From: an uncultured cyanobacterium
GTDB lineage: Bacteria; Cyanobacteriota; Cyanobacteriia; Cyanobacteriales; Nostocaceae
Length of the DNA: 64,000 nt
Direction: 5' to 3'
Assembly: GCA_963740315.1 (NCBI GenBank)
Contig: CAVUDP010000002.1
Coordinates: 64,001 to 128,000, forward strand
The position numbers were made by a program, and so were the translations under genes. Position 1 is the first letter of the stretch. Every line of letters starts with the position of its first letter. The notes beneath the pieces are model-generated. The model was not told where the DNA came from, did not search any database, and worked only from the letters and a program-made list of their open reading frames with translations. Positions 10,040 to 20,603 of this stretch are shown here, piece after piece.

Positions 10040-10717
10040 TTACCTCACCCAAAGCATTTGATTACCACCCTTCTGAAATTCGTAATCAACCTTTCTCACT
10101 TCAACTTGGAAACCGCGATCGCTTAATTGATTAATTACAGCTTCGAGATGGGGAGAAGTTTCACCGCTGAATTGAGTTATTACGGGAAAAACTCGCACCT
10201 CCGAAGCAACTCGCCGCATTTCTATAATTGAGTCAACGTGAAAATCTGCTGACAATATATTGGAATAGGTGAATAAGAAATGAGAGCATAACGCCAAATC
10301 AAACTCACCGTCGGTGAAGGGAAGATTCGGTAATTCCGATTTAACGTAGCGTTTTTGTGAAATACCTTGTGGGAAGTCAGCGATAAATTTACTCATAGCA
10401 GCCATTCTTACTTTTCCTAATTCGTCGGGAGAAGCAATATCACTCCAAACAAAGTTATTTAGAGTTTCTTTCTGTGCTGCAATTATCTTGGGATAAGTTT
10501 CTTGAATGCGATTTTGAATTTCTTCAACGGTAAACTGATAAATAGGGTCGCAAGATATAACTTTACCACCGAATTGCGTCATCTCGACATTAAAACTCGA
10601 AGGTCCCCCACCGCAATCAACTATATTTAACTTGCGATCGCCTGACGTTAAATTAAACATCTTCACGTACTCATCAAAATAGCGTCCCCAAGGAACCACG
10701 TTTTCGAGTTTCATCAT
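10040..10717 (-). CDS. SAM-dependent methyltransferase-like protein
   Basis: IVDCGGGPSSF motif I and LPFTDGEFDLALCSHFLF. Confidence 0.85.
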   Translation of the reverse strand: MMKLENVVPWGRYFDEYVKMFNLTSGDRKLNIVDCGGGPSSFNVEMTQFGGKVISCDPIYQFTVEEIQNRIQETYPKIIAAQKETLNNFVWSDIASPDELGKVRMAAMSKFIADFPQGISQKRYVKSELPNLPFTDGEFDLALCSHFLFTYSNILSADFHVDSIIEMRRVASEVRVFPVITQFSGETSPHLEAVINQLSDRGFQVEVRKVDYEFQKGGNQMLWVR

Positions 10718-10720
10718 AAT

Positions 10721-10770
10721 CAGTGAGCAGTTAGCAGTGAGCAGTTAGCAGTGAGCAGTTAGCAGTGAGC
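10721..10770. repeat. heptamer STRR tract (CAGTGAG/CAGTTAG)n with an inverted counterpart at 10924-10985
   Basis: 7-bp periodicity, typical of Nostocales. Confidence 0.85.
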
Positions 10771-10985
10771 AAATTATTATTGACTAGTCTTTAATTTTTG
10801 GTGTTACTGTATATTGCAATGAACGAGTATGTAAATCAACCTTTGTAAAGACTTAGGAATAAACTCCGTATCTACAAGATTAATAAATATTTATTCATAA
10901 AATACAATACAACAAAAATATTACACTGGTCACTGGTCACTGGTCACTGTTAATTGTTCACTGCTAACTGCTAACTGGTAACTGT

Positions 10986-12158
10986 TTAATAAGTTGGAAC
11001 TGAGGAATCGACTTCTTTACTCCAAGCTGTAATACCACCTTTGACGTTGGTACCTTCAATTCCGGCAAGTTTTAGAATTCCTAAAGCTTTCGCGGAACGT
11101 CCACCCATTTTACAATGAGCTATGAGACGATGACCGTTGAGCATTTCTTTAACTTTATCAACACCTGGACCGTTTTCGATTTCCGATAAAGGTACTAAAA
11201 CGGAACCGGGAATCTTAGCAATTTCGTATTCGTGGGGATTACGAACATCTAGCAGTACATAATCATTCGTACCGCTATCAATTAATTCTTTCAAATCCTT
11301 GACAGTCATCTCTGAAATATCCATTTGCTCTTGAGCCTCTTGTGCTTTTGCTTGAGGAATACCGCAGAACTGTTCGTAGTCTATCAGTTTTTCGATGACC
11401 GGACGCACGGGATTGGGACGTAATTTCAATTCCCGGAAACTCATATCAAGGGCATTGTATAACATCAAGCGTCCGCTGAGAGTTCTACCTTGTCCGAGAA
11501 TAATTTTTACCGTCTCCGTTGCTTGAATAGTACCAATAATTCCGCACAAAACGCCCAAAACCCCACCCTCAGCGCAGGAAGGAACCATTCCCGGTGGTGG
11601 TGGCTCTGGGTATAAATCGCGATAGTTGGGACCGCCTTCGTAGTTAAATACCGTAGCTTGTCCTTCAAAGCGGAATATTGAACCGTAAACGTTGGGTTTA
11701 TCTAATAAAACGCAAGCATCGTTTACTAAATACCGTGTCGGGAAGTTATCGGTACCGTCTACTACGACATCATAAGGTTTGAGAATATCGAGAGCATTTT
11801 CGCTACTAATGCGAGTTTCGTACAAATCAACCTGACAATCGGGGTTAATCTCGTGAATGCGGTTTTTTGCAGATTCAATCTTGGGTTTACCCACCCAAGA
11901 AGTACCGTGAATCACCTGACGTTGTAAGTTGGAATGATCGACAACATCGAAATCAACAATACCGATTCGTCCGATACCAGCAGCAGCTAAATATAACAGT
12001 AACGGCGAACCAAGTCCACCAGTACCAATACACAAAACAGCAGCAGCCTTCAAGCGCTTTTGTCCCTCCAACCCAACTTCAGGTAAAATCAGGTGGCGGG
12101 AATAGCGTTCGTAATCGTCCTTCGTCAGTTGGATTTCATCCAAGTTGGGATTAAGCAT
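10986..12158 (-). CDS. moeB: molybdopterin-synthase adenylyltransferase MoeB/MoeZ (E1-like plus rhodanese)
   Basis: RYSRHLILPEVG, GTGGLG, SNLQRQ, PSCAEGGVLG; C-terminal rhodanese HCKMGGRS. Confidence 0.95.
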   Translation of the reverse strand: MLNPNLDEIQLTKDDYERYSRHLILPEVGLEGQKRLKAAAVLCIGTGGLGSPLLLYLAAAGIGRIGIVDFDVVDHSNLQRQVIHGTSWVGKPKIESAKNRIHEINPDCQVDLYETRISSENALDILKPYDVVVDGTDNFPTRYLVNDACVLLDKPNVYGSIFRFEGQATVFNYEGGPNYRDLYPEPPPPGMVPSCAEGGVLGVLCGIIGTIQATETVKIILGQGRTLSGRLMLYNALDMSFRELKLRPNPVRPVIEKLIDYEQFCGIPQAKAQEAQEQMDISEMTVKDLKELIDSGTNDYVLLDVRNPHEYEIAKIPGSVLVPLSEIENGPGVDKVKEMLNGHRLIAHCKMGGRSAKALGILKLAGIEGTNVKGGITAWSKEVDSSVPTY

Positions 12159-12383
12159 AACAAGAATGAGTTGGAGGAGCAGACCTTTTATACTACCGAA
12201 TAATGGGATAATTAGTAATTTATAATTAGTAATTCGTAATTATTAATTGGGGATTGGGTTAATTGTATGTAGTGCGAGCGTCTCGCTCGCTAGTGGTTGA
12301 TTAGATTAAATTTGATTGGTTCGACGTGCCGATTTTAGTACTAAATCCGGAGGGGGCTAAAGCCCTTACTACGAACCTCATTT

Positions 12384-12839
12384 TTATAACTCCCTCAATT
12401 CTTCTTGCTCAAACACAGAATTATCATCAAGTACCCAACTATTGATATCCCCTGCTTGACCTTTTTGTACGGAAACGATGATATAAGAATATTCTTGCCA
12501 AGCGTAGTTACGGTCAAATTCTGAGGGAATGGCTGGATAATCGGGGTGGGAATGGAAAATGCCGATTATATTCAAATTTTTTTCTCTGGCAGATTTTTGC
12601 AGGTGCAACATATCTTGGGGTGCTATGGTATATCTGCGTTTTTTACTATAAGTTATATCATCATCAGCAAAATCACCTGCTGTATCTGGATTCCAAGCGT
12701 TTTCGGTGGGGATGATTTCAACTACCGTTTTGCGATCGCTACATATATGTCCAAATATCACACCGCAACATTCTTCTGGATAGGTGCTTTCGGCATGGCT
12801 AAAGATTGTTTGTAAGTGTTGCTTGTTAAGTTGAATCAT
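12384..12839 (-). CDS. JAB/MPN (M67) metallopeptidase
   Basis: YPEECCG and the JAMM motif HSHPDYPAIPSEFD. Confidence 0.92.
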   Translation of the reverse strand: MIQLNKQHLQTIFSHAESTYPEECCGVIFGHICSDRKTVVEIIPTENAWNPDTAGDFADDDITYSKKRRYTIAPQDMLHLQKSAREKNLNIIGIFHSHPDYPAIPSEFDRNYAWQEYSYIIVSVQKGQAGDINSWVLDDNSVFEQEELREL

Positions 12840-13246
12840 TTTGATAGTGTAAGAGATTTGAAAAGAAGTCGATACTTTATTTCTCTTGATTCGTAATAGC
12901 TTCGGGTTCGGATTGGTTAAAGAAGCAACTATTCTAATTTATATTTTCTGTAAATTGTATCTATGGATAGTTGTACAACAAATCAATATCTGAAATTAGA
13001 TTCTTTAATACAATTATACTTCCTGAGAAATAGCTACATTTACCTGAATTATTCCTGACGAAAGATTTGTTAAAAAAAGTTAAAGTGCAGAATAATTATT
13101 ACAAGGTACGAGTAATTAAACAATACTTCTTACTCGATAACTGCCGATCGCTATTAAAAAATAACCTATTAGCATGCAAGCAGTAAGAGCGGGGTATGTC
13201 TATTGCCTAAACCTGGTTCTATACTTTTTAGGTTTTTAACAAATAC

Positions 13247-14905
13247 ATGGCAAAGCCCATTGAATTCAACCTTTTTGCTCCTTATAACAAAGAGGCGGCT
13301 TTACTTGGTTCCTTTTCTGACTGGGAATCAATTGCAATGGAAAAAGGCGAAGATGGCTATTTTCGTGTCAAAGTTGATTTAGAAGACGGCGTTTATAAAT
13401 ATAAGTTTAAAGTACGCTCCAAGTCTTGGTTTTTTGAACAAGATGAATGGGTAGATGTAACCGATCCTTATGCAACTAATATTGATGCATTAGGTGGTTA
13501 TGAAAATGCAGTTGTCTGTATTAAAGATGGGGAAAGAATTCTCGATCCCTATGTTTGGAATCATGACGATAAATCTTTACCTCCAGATAATGAATTAGTT
13601 ATTTATGAATTACACGTTGCTGACTTTTCCGGTGGTGAAGATGATAAGTATGCACGTGGAAAATACGAACACGTTCTTGAAAAATTAGATTATTTAACAG
13701 AATTGGGAATTAACGCTATTGAGTTAATGCCAATTAAAGAATATCCCGGCGATTATAGCTGGGGATATAACCCCCGTCATTTTTTCGCAACAGAAACTAG
13801 TTACGGTGAAACGGCGGATTTAAAAAAGTTAATTGATGAATGTCATGGTAAGGGAATTCGTGTTTTTATGGATGGTATTTTTAACCATTCAGAATCATCA
13901 TCACCTTTAACACAAATCGACCACGATTACTGGTACCACCACGAACCCCGCGATCCCGATAATAACTGGGGACCAGAATTTAATTACGAAAAATATGATG
14001 AGAATTTAGATACTTATCCAGCGCGAAAATTCATCGGCGATACGATACGTTTCTGGATTCAAGAATATCATATTGACGGTATTCGTTACGATGCAGCGCG
14101 GCAAATTGCTAACTACGATTTCATGCATTGGATAGTAGATGAAGCCAAAAAAACCGCTGGTGCAAAACCTTTTTATAATATTGCCGAACATATTCCTGAA
14201 ACTACCAGCATTACCAATGTTGATGGTCCGATGGATGCTTGCTGGCATGATAGTTTTTATCATTGCATAAAAGAGCATGTTGCTGGTGAAAAATTTGATT
14301 TAGAGCAACTCAAAGATGTCATCGATCCCAAGCGTCAAGGCTTCATGGGTGCGACAAACGTTGTCAACTATCTCACCAACCACGATCATAATCGGATCAT
14401 GGTAGAGTTGGGCGATCGCGAAATTTTAGATGAAGAAGCTTTTCGTCGCTTAAAGTTTGCAGGAGCGATTTTATTAACAGCGGTTGGCGTACCGATGTTG
14501 TGGATGGGACAAGAATTTGGCGAATACAAGCCCCAGACTCAAGAATCATCTAAAATCGAATGGGGATTGTTAGAAAATGACCAAAATCACGGATTGTTTG
14601 AATATTACAAGGGTTTAATTAACCTGCGTAAAAATAATCATGCTTTATACACGGAAAATATTGATTTTATCCACGAAAATCCAGAAGGAAAGGTATTAGC
14701 ATACAGCCGTTGGAATAATGAAGGTTCCCATGTGGTTGTTGTAGCTAACTTCTCAGAGAATTTCTACGCTGGCTATCAAGTTGCTAATTTCCCAGAAGCC
14801 GGTAAATGGCACGAATGGACGGCTAATTATGATGTAGAAGCTGGTGATGACGGTATTATGATTGATTTGGGACCTTTTGAAGCCAAGGTTTTTGTCTGGA
14901 GTTAA
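13247..14905 (+). CDS. GH13 alpha-amylase family glycosyl hydrolase with N-terminal CBM48-like domain
   Basis: IYELHV, SWGYNP, DGIRYDA, IAEH, YLTNHD. Confidence 0.92.
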   Translation: MAKPIEFNLFAPYNKEAALLGSFSDWESIAMEKGEDGYFRVKVDLEDGVYKYKFKVRSKSWFFEQDEWVDVTDPYATNIDALGGYENAVVCIKDGERILDPYVWNHDDKSLPPDNELVIYELHVADFSGGEDDKYARGKYEHVLEKLDYLTELGINAIELMPIKEYPGDYSWGYNPRHFFATETSYGETADLKKLIDECHGKGIRVFMDGIFNHSESSSPLTQIDHDYWYHHEPRDPDNNWGPEFNYEKYDENLDTYPARKFIGDTIRFWIQEYHIDGIRYDAARQIANYDFMHWIVDEAKKTAGAKPFYNIAEHIPETTSITNVDGPMDACWHDSFYHCIKEHVAGEKFDLEQLKDVIDPKRQGFMGATNVVNYLTNHDHNRIMVELGDREILDEEAFRRLKFAGAILLTAVGVPMLWMGQEFGEYKPQTQESSKIEWGLLENDQNHGLFEYYKGLINLRKNNHALYTENIDFIHENPEGKVLAYSRWNNEGSHVVVVANFSENFYAGYQVANFPEAGKWHEWTANYDVEAGDDGIMIDLGPFEAKVFVWS

Positions 14906-14956
14906 CCAAATCTTGTAGGAATTCCAATCTATTAACTTAAATACTTGCATTTCATC

Positions 14957-14990
14957 AACCCGGTTTTTTCTAAAGCCGGGTTTATTAATT
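14957..14990 (+). terminator. putative intrinsic terminator
   Basis: Hairpin aacccggttt/aagccgggtt followed by a T-rich tract, downstream of the GH13 gene. Confidence 0.55.
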
Positions 14991-15171
14991 TTATATCAGT
15001 TCAAAACCAAAATCCGAAATACATTATTGCAAAACTGTATAAAAAATTATCAAGCCTAACAAGCATCAAATAAATTAACAACTAATGCAAATCATGCCTG
15101 TTTGTAGTTGACGGTTTAAATTGCTGTCACAACAAATATCGCTTGGCAATTTTCAACAAATTAATCGTATT

Positions 15172-15759
15172 ATGAATAATTTAACACAAACAGCAATTAA
15201 ACCAGAAAAAATTAATTATTTAGAAAAACCATTAGAACAACCGTCTTTTTTAGAGCAAATAGTAGAAAACTTTGAAGATGGTATTTTGATTTTAACTGAA
15301 ACTGGTGAATTAATTTATGCTAATGCTAGTGCTTACAGTATTTGCAGTCAAATAAATCCAGGTAGCTCTAACCGAAATTACGTACCCTCTATAATTTGGA
15401 ATGTTTGTAAATCATTAATAAACAATCAAATGTCTTGCGATAATTTAACAATATGGTCGGAAGATATTGTTGTCAATCGGTCGGTTATTTTACGTTTAAG
15501 GGTAAGATGGTTAAATCATGTATCAGAGCAATCTTATTTATCGATCGCAATTGAGAATCGCTACAAATCACTGAAAAATATTGTTTTATTTGAAGCTAAT
15601 AAATACCATTTAACGCAACGTGAAGTAGAAGTTTGGAACCTTTATCGAGCTACTTCTAGCTATAAACACATTGCCGATAAACTTTATATTACCGTTAATA
15701 CTGTTAAAAAGCACCTTAAAAATATTCGTGCTAAACAACAAAGGTTTTATTCAGCTTAA
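15172..15759 (+). CDS. LuxR-type HTH regulator with N-terminal PAS-like segment
   Basis: DGILIL...IYAN; C-terminal LTQREVEV...IADKLYITVNTVKKHLKNI. ATG at 15172 preferred over TTG at 15121. Confidence 0.85.
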   Translation: MNNLTQTAIKPEKINYLEKPLEQPSFLEQIVENFEDGILILTETGELIYANASAYSICSQINPGSSNRNYVPSIIWNVCKSLINNQMSCDNLTIWSEDIVVNRSVILRLRVRWLNHVSEQSYLSIAIENRYKSLKNIVLFEANKYHLTQREVEVWNLYRATSSYKHIADKLYITVNTVKKHLKNIRAKQQRFYSA

Positions 15760-16042
15760 TATTGCTAAATATTGCTTAATATTTTATCTCGATTAAAATT
15801 CCATCAACAGGGTTGAAGTAGTAAATAATACACAAATATAGCTAATTTATTCAACATCCGTCCGATTGATGTATTATATAGTACTACTAAATATTTTTTC
15901 AGGCAGACTAATTATTAAATAATTATTATTCATATAAACGCGATCGCATTTGTAAGTTAAATAAAACCGCTACGCCATGCCCCCGGCAGCTTCCGGGGGT
16001 GTTAATTTTAAATTCTCCAAAAGCAAATTATTTAAATTTTAC

Positions 16043-16522
16043 CTATTGAGAATTAGGCTTTTTTTGCAAGCGGATTAATGTGTTATGAATTTGGGTTTTT
16101 AAGCTGGCATCATTCCTTAATTTCAACGTAATATTGTTAAAGCTTTCAATGCTAAGCCCGCTATCTTTAACAATGATTTGAGAGCGCTGACAGTATTTTG
16201 TAGCAATATCTCTTGCTTTCTGTGTAGACAAAGTAGATATAGTCTTGGGTTCGTTACAAGCAATTTCAGGAATTCGTCCACCTCCGGAAATCTTCTTTAT
16301 TTCATCAAATGCTTGAAGGCGACTTTGCTCTATTGTTAATAAGGCTCTGGAGTACTTAACTATTTCATTATTGTCAATTGAAGGAGTTTGAGCGTCAGCT
16401 TTTAAGCCCAAAACCGTACTGCTAGCAAAGAAACCTAGAGTGGCTAAAGTACCTACTAAAAAAGACTTAGAAAGCATTCGAGCTATTTTAATCCCGTTAG
16501 AAGAATGAGTAATTCTCTTCAT
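16043..16522 (-). CDS. DUF4168-like secreted protein
   Basis: Signal-like N-terminus; EIVKYSRALLTIEQSR...YC...GLSIESFNNIT. Confidence 0.7.
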   Translation of the reverse strand: MKRITHSSNGIKIARMLSKSFLVGTLATLGFFASSTVLGLKADAQTPSIDNNEIVKYSRALLTIEQSRLQAFDEIKKISGGGRIPEIACNEPKTISTLSTQKARDIATKYCQRSQIIVKDSGLSIESFNNITLKLRNDASLKTQIHNTLIRLQKKPNSQ

Positions 16523-16628
16523 ATGCTTTGTGATAATTAACTACAGTAATAAGATGTTAATCATTTTGAATTGTTTCAAGCGGTAGTTGTTCCCTTAAAA
16601 AACAAAGTAAATTCCGAAAATACACTCA

Positions 16629-17618
16629 CTATCGGCTTCTTTTACATATTTGACACAGTTCTATAACTTTAGTTTGGAGTGTTAAAGTTTGTGCGGCTCC
16701 AAGTTTAAGATTAACTTCTAATTCAAGTAGTATAGGTAAACAGGATATTAGTTGATGCACTGAAAGAAACTGTACTTCGGGAAGCAAATGTTTAATGCGA
16801 TAATGATTGCGAACTTCAGCAGCTTGAGCGATCGCTTGATCTGAACGTTCGCCACTTTCCATCATAATTTTAATCCACAACCAGGTACGAAACTGCCCAA
16901 TCAATGTGGCAACTATTCGCAAAGAAGGTTCGGAAGCATCGATTAAATCCGCGACTAAACTTAAAGCCTTCTCAGTGTTTCCCATCCTAATCGCACCAGC
17001 TAATTGTAGGCTATTTTGAGTATAATTTCTAACTAATTGAGCGGCGCGATCGACATCTAATGGCTTATTACTATCTTGGGCATAAAGCTGTAATTTTTGG
17101 AGTTCGTTATAAAGTAAGCGAGTATCGTTACCTATAGCTTCTACTAAAAAGTCCGCACATCTAGAAGTTAGTTTGAGTTTAAGGGAACTAGCGGCATCAT
17201 TGACAGATTTTTTGAGTAAATCCGTATTAAAAGGTGATATAAGTCCGAATTCACGAAATTGTGCGAATTTTTTTAATAATTTTGTTGACTTTAACCGTTC
17301 ATCGGGTTTATTAGTGCTAGTAATTAGTAAGTAAGAATTTTCGGGAATTACGGATAAAGTCCGCTGTAACTCTGATAACAAATTATCGTTAGATTGCTGA
17401 GTAATATTAGCGTTCATCAGCCATACCAAACGCCCACCAGCCCCAAAAGGTGGAGTCATCGCTTGATTTAACGCTTCAATTGCGGCATTCGGATAATCTG
17501 GTGGAAAAGTCGTGTAATTAAACGAAATCCAATTCGCATCGAGAATCTCGTCGCGTAAATTGGCGATCGCTTTTTCCATCGCAAAATCATCTTCGCCCCA
17601 GTAAATGTGGATTGGCAT
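16629..17618 (-). CDS. holA: DNA polymerase III delta subunit
   Basis: YWGEDDFA, TPPFGAGGRLV, KPDERLKSTK, NELQKL. Confidence 0.92.
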   Translation of the reverse strand: MPIHIYWGEDDFAMEKAIANLRDEILDANWISFNYTTFPPDYPNAAIEALNQAMTPPFGAGGRLVWLMNANITQQSNDNLLSELQRTLSVIPENSYLLITSTNKPDERLKSTKLLKKFAQFREFGLISPFNTDLLKKSVNDAASSLKLKLTSRCADFLVEAIGNDTRLLYNELQKLQLYAQDSNKPLDVDRAAQLVRNYTQNSLQLAGAIRMGNTEKALSLVADLIDASEPSLRIVATLIGQFRTWLWIKIMMESGERSDQAIAQAAEVRNHYRIKHLLPEVQFLSVHQLISCLPILLELEVNLKLGAAQTLTLQTKVIELCQICKRSR

Positions 17619-17794
17619 AGTGGGAGGATGGGGGGATGGGGGGATGGGGAAGAGGGGGGAGAGGGGGAAGAGTTATTATACCTTTGACATGCAGACCTTT
17701 GACATGCAGACCTTTTTACCATTCCCAATTCTATTTTGGATAAATTGAGTGATTTTGCCTACAATCTATCAAGGAATGCGGGAGGAAATAAAGG

Positions 17795-18589
17795 TTGGAC
17801 GATAATTATCAAACTTATATGAATCGGGTGGCGCGAATGACGCTACCGGAAGCTTACACATCTCAAGTTCAGCATTTGAAGGAATCTTCTAAATTTGCAT
17901 CACATCCAGGAGGAACAAAAGCTGTATCTTTCCCTGGATATACGTTAATTACCCCACCTCATGGGGAAGAAGATTCGACAAATTCTGCTTTTTACTCGCA
18001 GTTACAGGGTTATCAACAGGAACTTTTACAGTTACCTATAGGTTCGGATTTAATTATTCCGGTACCTCCTGATAGCTTTCATTTAACTTTAGCGGACATA
18101 ATTTGGGATAGCGCCTATCGCGACGCAAGCAAAAAAAATCCAGATTTTGCAGCCCAATTAGGGTCATGTTTTGATGATATTTTTCAACAATATCAAAAAT
18201 CTGTGACTTCAAAGAATCCCCCAAAATGGCAAATGTTGGGATTAATGCTTATGCCAAGGGCTGTAGCGGTTTGCTTGGTACCGTTGGATCGAGATAGCTA
18301 CGAGCAAATTATCAACTTGCGTCGGGCAATCTATCAAAATCCTTCTCTGATGGCATTAGGGATTGAACAACAGTATAATTTCACGGCACACGTGACTTTA
18401 GGCTATTTTGGCGAGATTGCACCCGATTTAAATCGCGAAAATTTTGCTTCCATGCTTTCAGAATTAAATCAAAAATGGATTGAAAATTTACCTACTTTAA
18501 CAATGCATCGCGTCGAACTCCGTAAATTTGACGATATGACTCGTTTTTACCGAGAACCAGATTCGCCAGTTTTGGTTTTAGGTAATTAG
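17795..18589 (+). CDS. DUF1868 / 2H-phosphoesterase-like protein
   Basis: FPGYTLITPP and two HxT motifs (FHLTL, AHVTL). Confidence 0.8.
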   Translation: MDDNYQTYMNRVARMTLPEAYTSQVQHLKESSKFASHPGGTKAVSFPGYTLITPPHGEEDSTNSAFYSQLQGYQQELLQLPIGSDLIIPVPPDSFHLTLADIIWDSAYRDASKKNPDFAAQLGSCFDDIFQQYQKSVTSKNPPKWQMLGLMLMPRAVAVCLVPLDRDSYEQIINLRRAIYQNPSLMALGIEQQYNFTAHVTLGYFGEIAPDLNRENFASMLSELNQKWIENLPTLTMHRVELRKFDDMTRFYREPDSPVLVLGN

Positions 18590-18750
18590 GTAATAGGGCA
18601 TTGGTGATGGGGGGAGATGGGGGAGATGGGGAGTACTTCGACAAGTCTTACAGTGAGCTACGTCGAACTGCTCAGTAACCTTTGGGGAGATGGGGAGAGG
18701 GGGGGACAAGGGGATGGGGAGAGGGGGTGATGGAGGGGACAATCCAAAAT

Positions 18751-18851
18751 CCTATGCCCAATGCCCAATGCCCAATGCCCTATTCCCAATGCCCAATGCC
18801 CAATTCCCTATCCCCAATTCCCTATTGCCTATGCCCAATTCCCTATTCCCC
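18751..18851. repeat. STRR tract (CCCAATG/CCCTATT/CCCAATT)n preceded by (GGGGAGATG)n
   Basis: 7-bp periodicity between convergent genes. Confidence 0.85.
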
Positions 18852-19632
18852 CATTTTTATTTTTTTCTTGATAAGCAACATAAATAGCTTCTAAAAATAT
18901 ATCGGAACTAATATTTGGGGGTATATTTTCTAAGTGAATAATTTCTTTGACTTGTTCGGCTAATTTTATAGATAATTGACTTTTGGCTTTTGGTGACATT
19001 GCTAGTCGTCGCCGTAAATACTCGCTAATTACAGCAAAATCATCGGCTAACATTGGTGATATATCGGTAATTTGCAGTAATTCGGAACTGAATGATTTGG
19101 CTTGTTCTGAAACTACGATTGTTGTTGATGCTATGGGTAGTTGATTTTGAATAACAATTGTACCGGCTACTAAATCCCCTAAACGTTTTTCTTTATTACC
19201 AAACATAATTAGAAAAACTCCAATAAAGAAGATTTCATCAACTGGTCTTAATAATGCTCTTAAAGCTGCTTGGGGTAATCCTACAGGTTTACCATCATCC
19301 CTAATTACGCGAATTTTAGCAATGCGTTTACCGGGTGTTTGTCCCTGCCACAATGCTTCAAAAAATACAAAATAACCGGAGTAAATCGCGAAGAGAACAA
19401 AAAAGGCGATCGCTAACACCCATAGGGGAGTTTGTTTGCCAAAAATCGATTCCAAAAAATCGAATAGTTGAAGTGAAAGCGTTGACCAGACTGCTATAAA
19501 GACTGCTATAGTTAGTCCTAAAACGTGATAGTCAATTAACAATGCCCAAGCACGATTCCCAATACCTGCAAAGGTAAATTCTAATTCGATACTTTCTGGC
19601 GTGCGGAATTTTACACGTCTAAATATATGCAT
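18829..19632 (-). CDS. RDD family membrane protein
   Basis: [35 protein letters not shown]. Confidence 0.9.
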   Translation of the reverse strand: MHIFRRVKFRTPESIELEFTFAGIGNRAWALLIDYHVLGLTIAVFIAVWSTLSLQLFDFLESIFGKQTPLWVLAIAFFVLFAIYSGYFVFFEALWQGQTPGKRIAKIRVIRDDGKPVGLPQAALRALLRPVDEIFFIGVFLIMFGNKEKRLGDLVAGTIVIQNQLPIASTTIVVSEQAKSFSSELLQITDISPMLADDFAVISEYLRRRLAMSPKAKSQLSIKLAEQVKEIIHLENIPPNISSDIFLEAIYVAYQEKNKNGGIGNWA

Positions 19633-19663
19633 AACGAAATAATTCGTAATTCTTGATTATTAA

Positions 19664-20518
19664 TTAAATTTCATTGTCGCGTAATCGTAAGCCTAAACCT
19701 TCACGACGACTGCGGAGGTCATAATAAATAGTCGCTTTAATTGCTTGCCAAAAAGGTATAATTACTGCACCACTGGAAAAACTAATTGCAAATATCAATA
19801 CAAAATATAGCAAACTAAATATTAGAGAGTTTTCCTGTATTAATGGTGCAAAAACTAGTTGCAAAACAGTAGAAATTACTTGCACCACAATTTGCAAAGG
19901 GAGCGTTATTAAAAAGGCAATGAACGTAATGCCAAAAATCCGCCAGATGTTTCCTTTTGTTAGTTCAAAACTACGGCTAATAGCTGAATTAGCAGTGGTA
20001 TCATCTTCAATGGCTAAAGTCACATCAGCCAAATAGAATCGCGTTATAAACCAGAAAAATCCCAAAAATATTGCAGCAAAAAGTAATATACCTAGTAAGG
20101 CAGATACAACGGCGAAGGCAGGATTAGCATTTTGACCTAATCCACCAATTGCTACACCTATTGCACCCCCGACAATAGCAAATGCGATTCCAAGACCTAA
20201 ACCAATACCTATATAAATTAGTACTATTAGCACTAGCTGACTTAAAAACTGTCCCAACCGGGAATTAACAAATTTTTGCCCTGTTTTTATATTTTCTGGT
20301 TGATTAATTAATTCACCAAAGGATAATCTGGAAATTAACGAACTCAATGCATAGTACTTTGCCCAGCCGTAAATTGGAACGAGCAACCAGACATTAGCTT
20401 TCAAGGCAATCAAGAAATAATCTTTGATGTGAGAGCGATAAAGTCGGAAGCCGCCAGTAACGACATCACCAATATTTAGGGGTTGTATTGGACTGGGAGA
20501 ACCGAGATTAGAAGACAT
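19664..20518 (-). CDS. integral membrane protein (DUF975 / GPDPase membrane-domain-like)
   Basis: Multi-TM; AISRSFELTKG and YYDLRSRREG. Confidence 0.75.
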   Translation of the reverse strand: MSSNLGSPSPIQPLNIGDVVTGGFRLYRSHIKDYFLIALKANVWLLVPIYGWAKYYALSSLISRLSFGELINQPENIKTGQKFVNSRLGQFLSQLVLIVLIYIGIGLGLGIAFAIVGGAIGVAIGGLGQNANPAFAVVSALLGILLFAAIFLGFFWFITRFYLADVTLAIEDDTTANSAISRSFELTKGNIWRIFGITFIAFLITLPLQIVVQVISTVLQLVFAPLIQENSLIFSLLYFVLIFAISFSSGAVIIPFWQAIKATIYYDLRSRREGLGLRLRDNEI

Positions 20519-20603
20519 AACGTATAAAGTAGTTATAAAGTGACACAGTAATTCAAAGGTTATATTAAGTTAACTTAAAATTTATTATTTCCCAAAAATC
20601 GAC

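Noticed and set aside
10986..12839. Ubiquitin-like antiphage system (E1 + JAB)
   Set aside because: This is a typical MoeB-rhodanese plus JAB sulfur-carrier pair with no E2, CD-NTase or Ubl neighbour.
18682..18894. Short ORFs over STRR tracts (also 17468-17728, 29247-29507, 48826-49047)
   Set aside because: Low-complexity translations of simple repeats.
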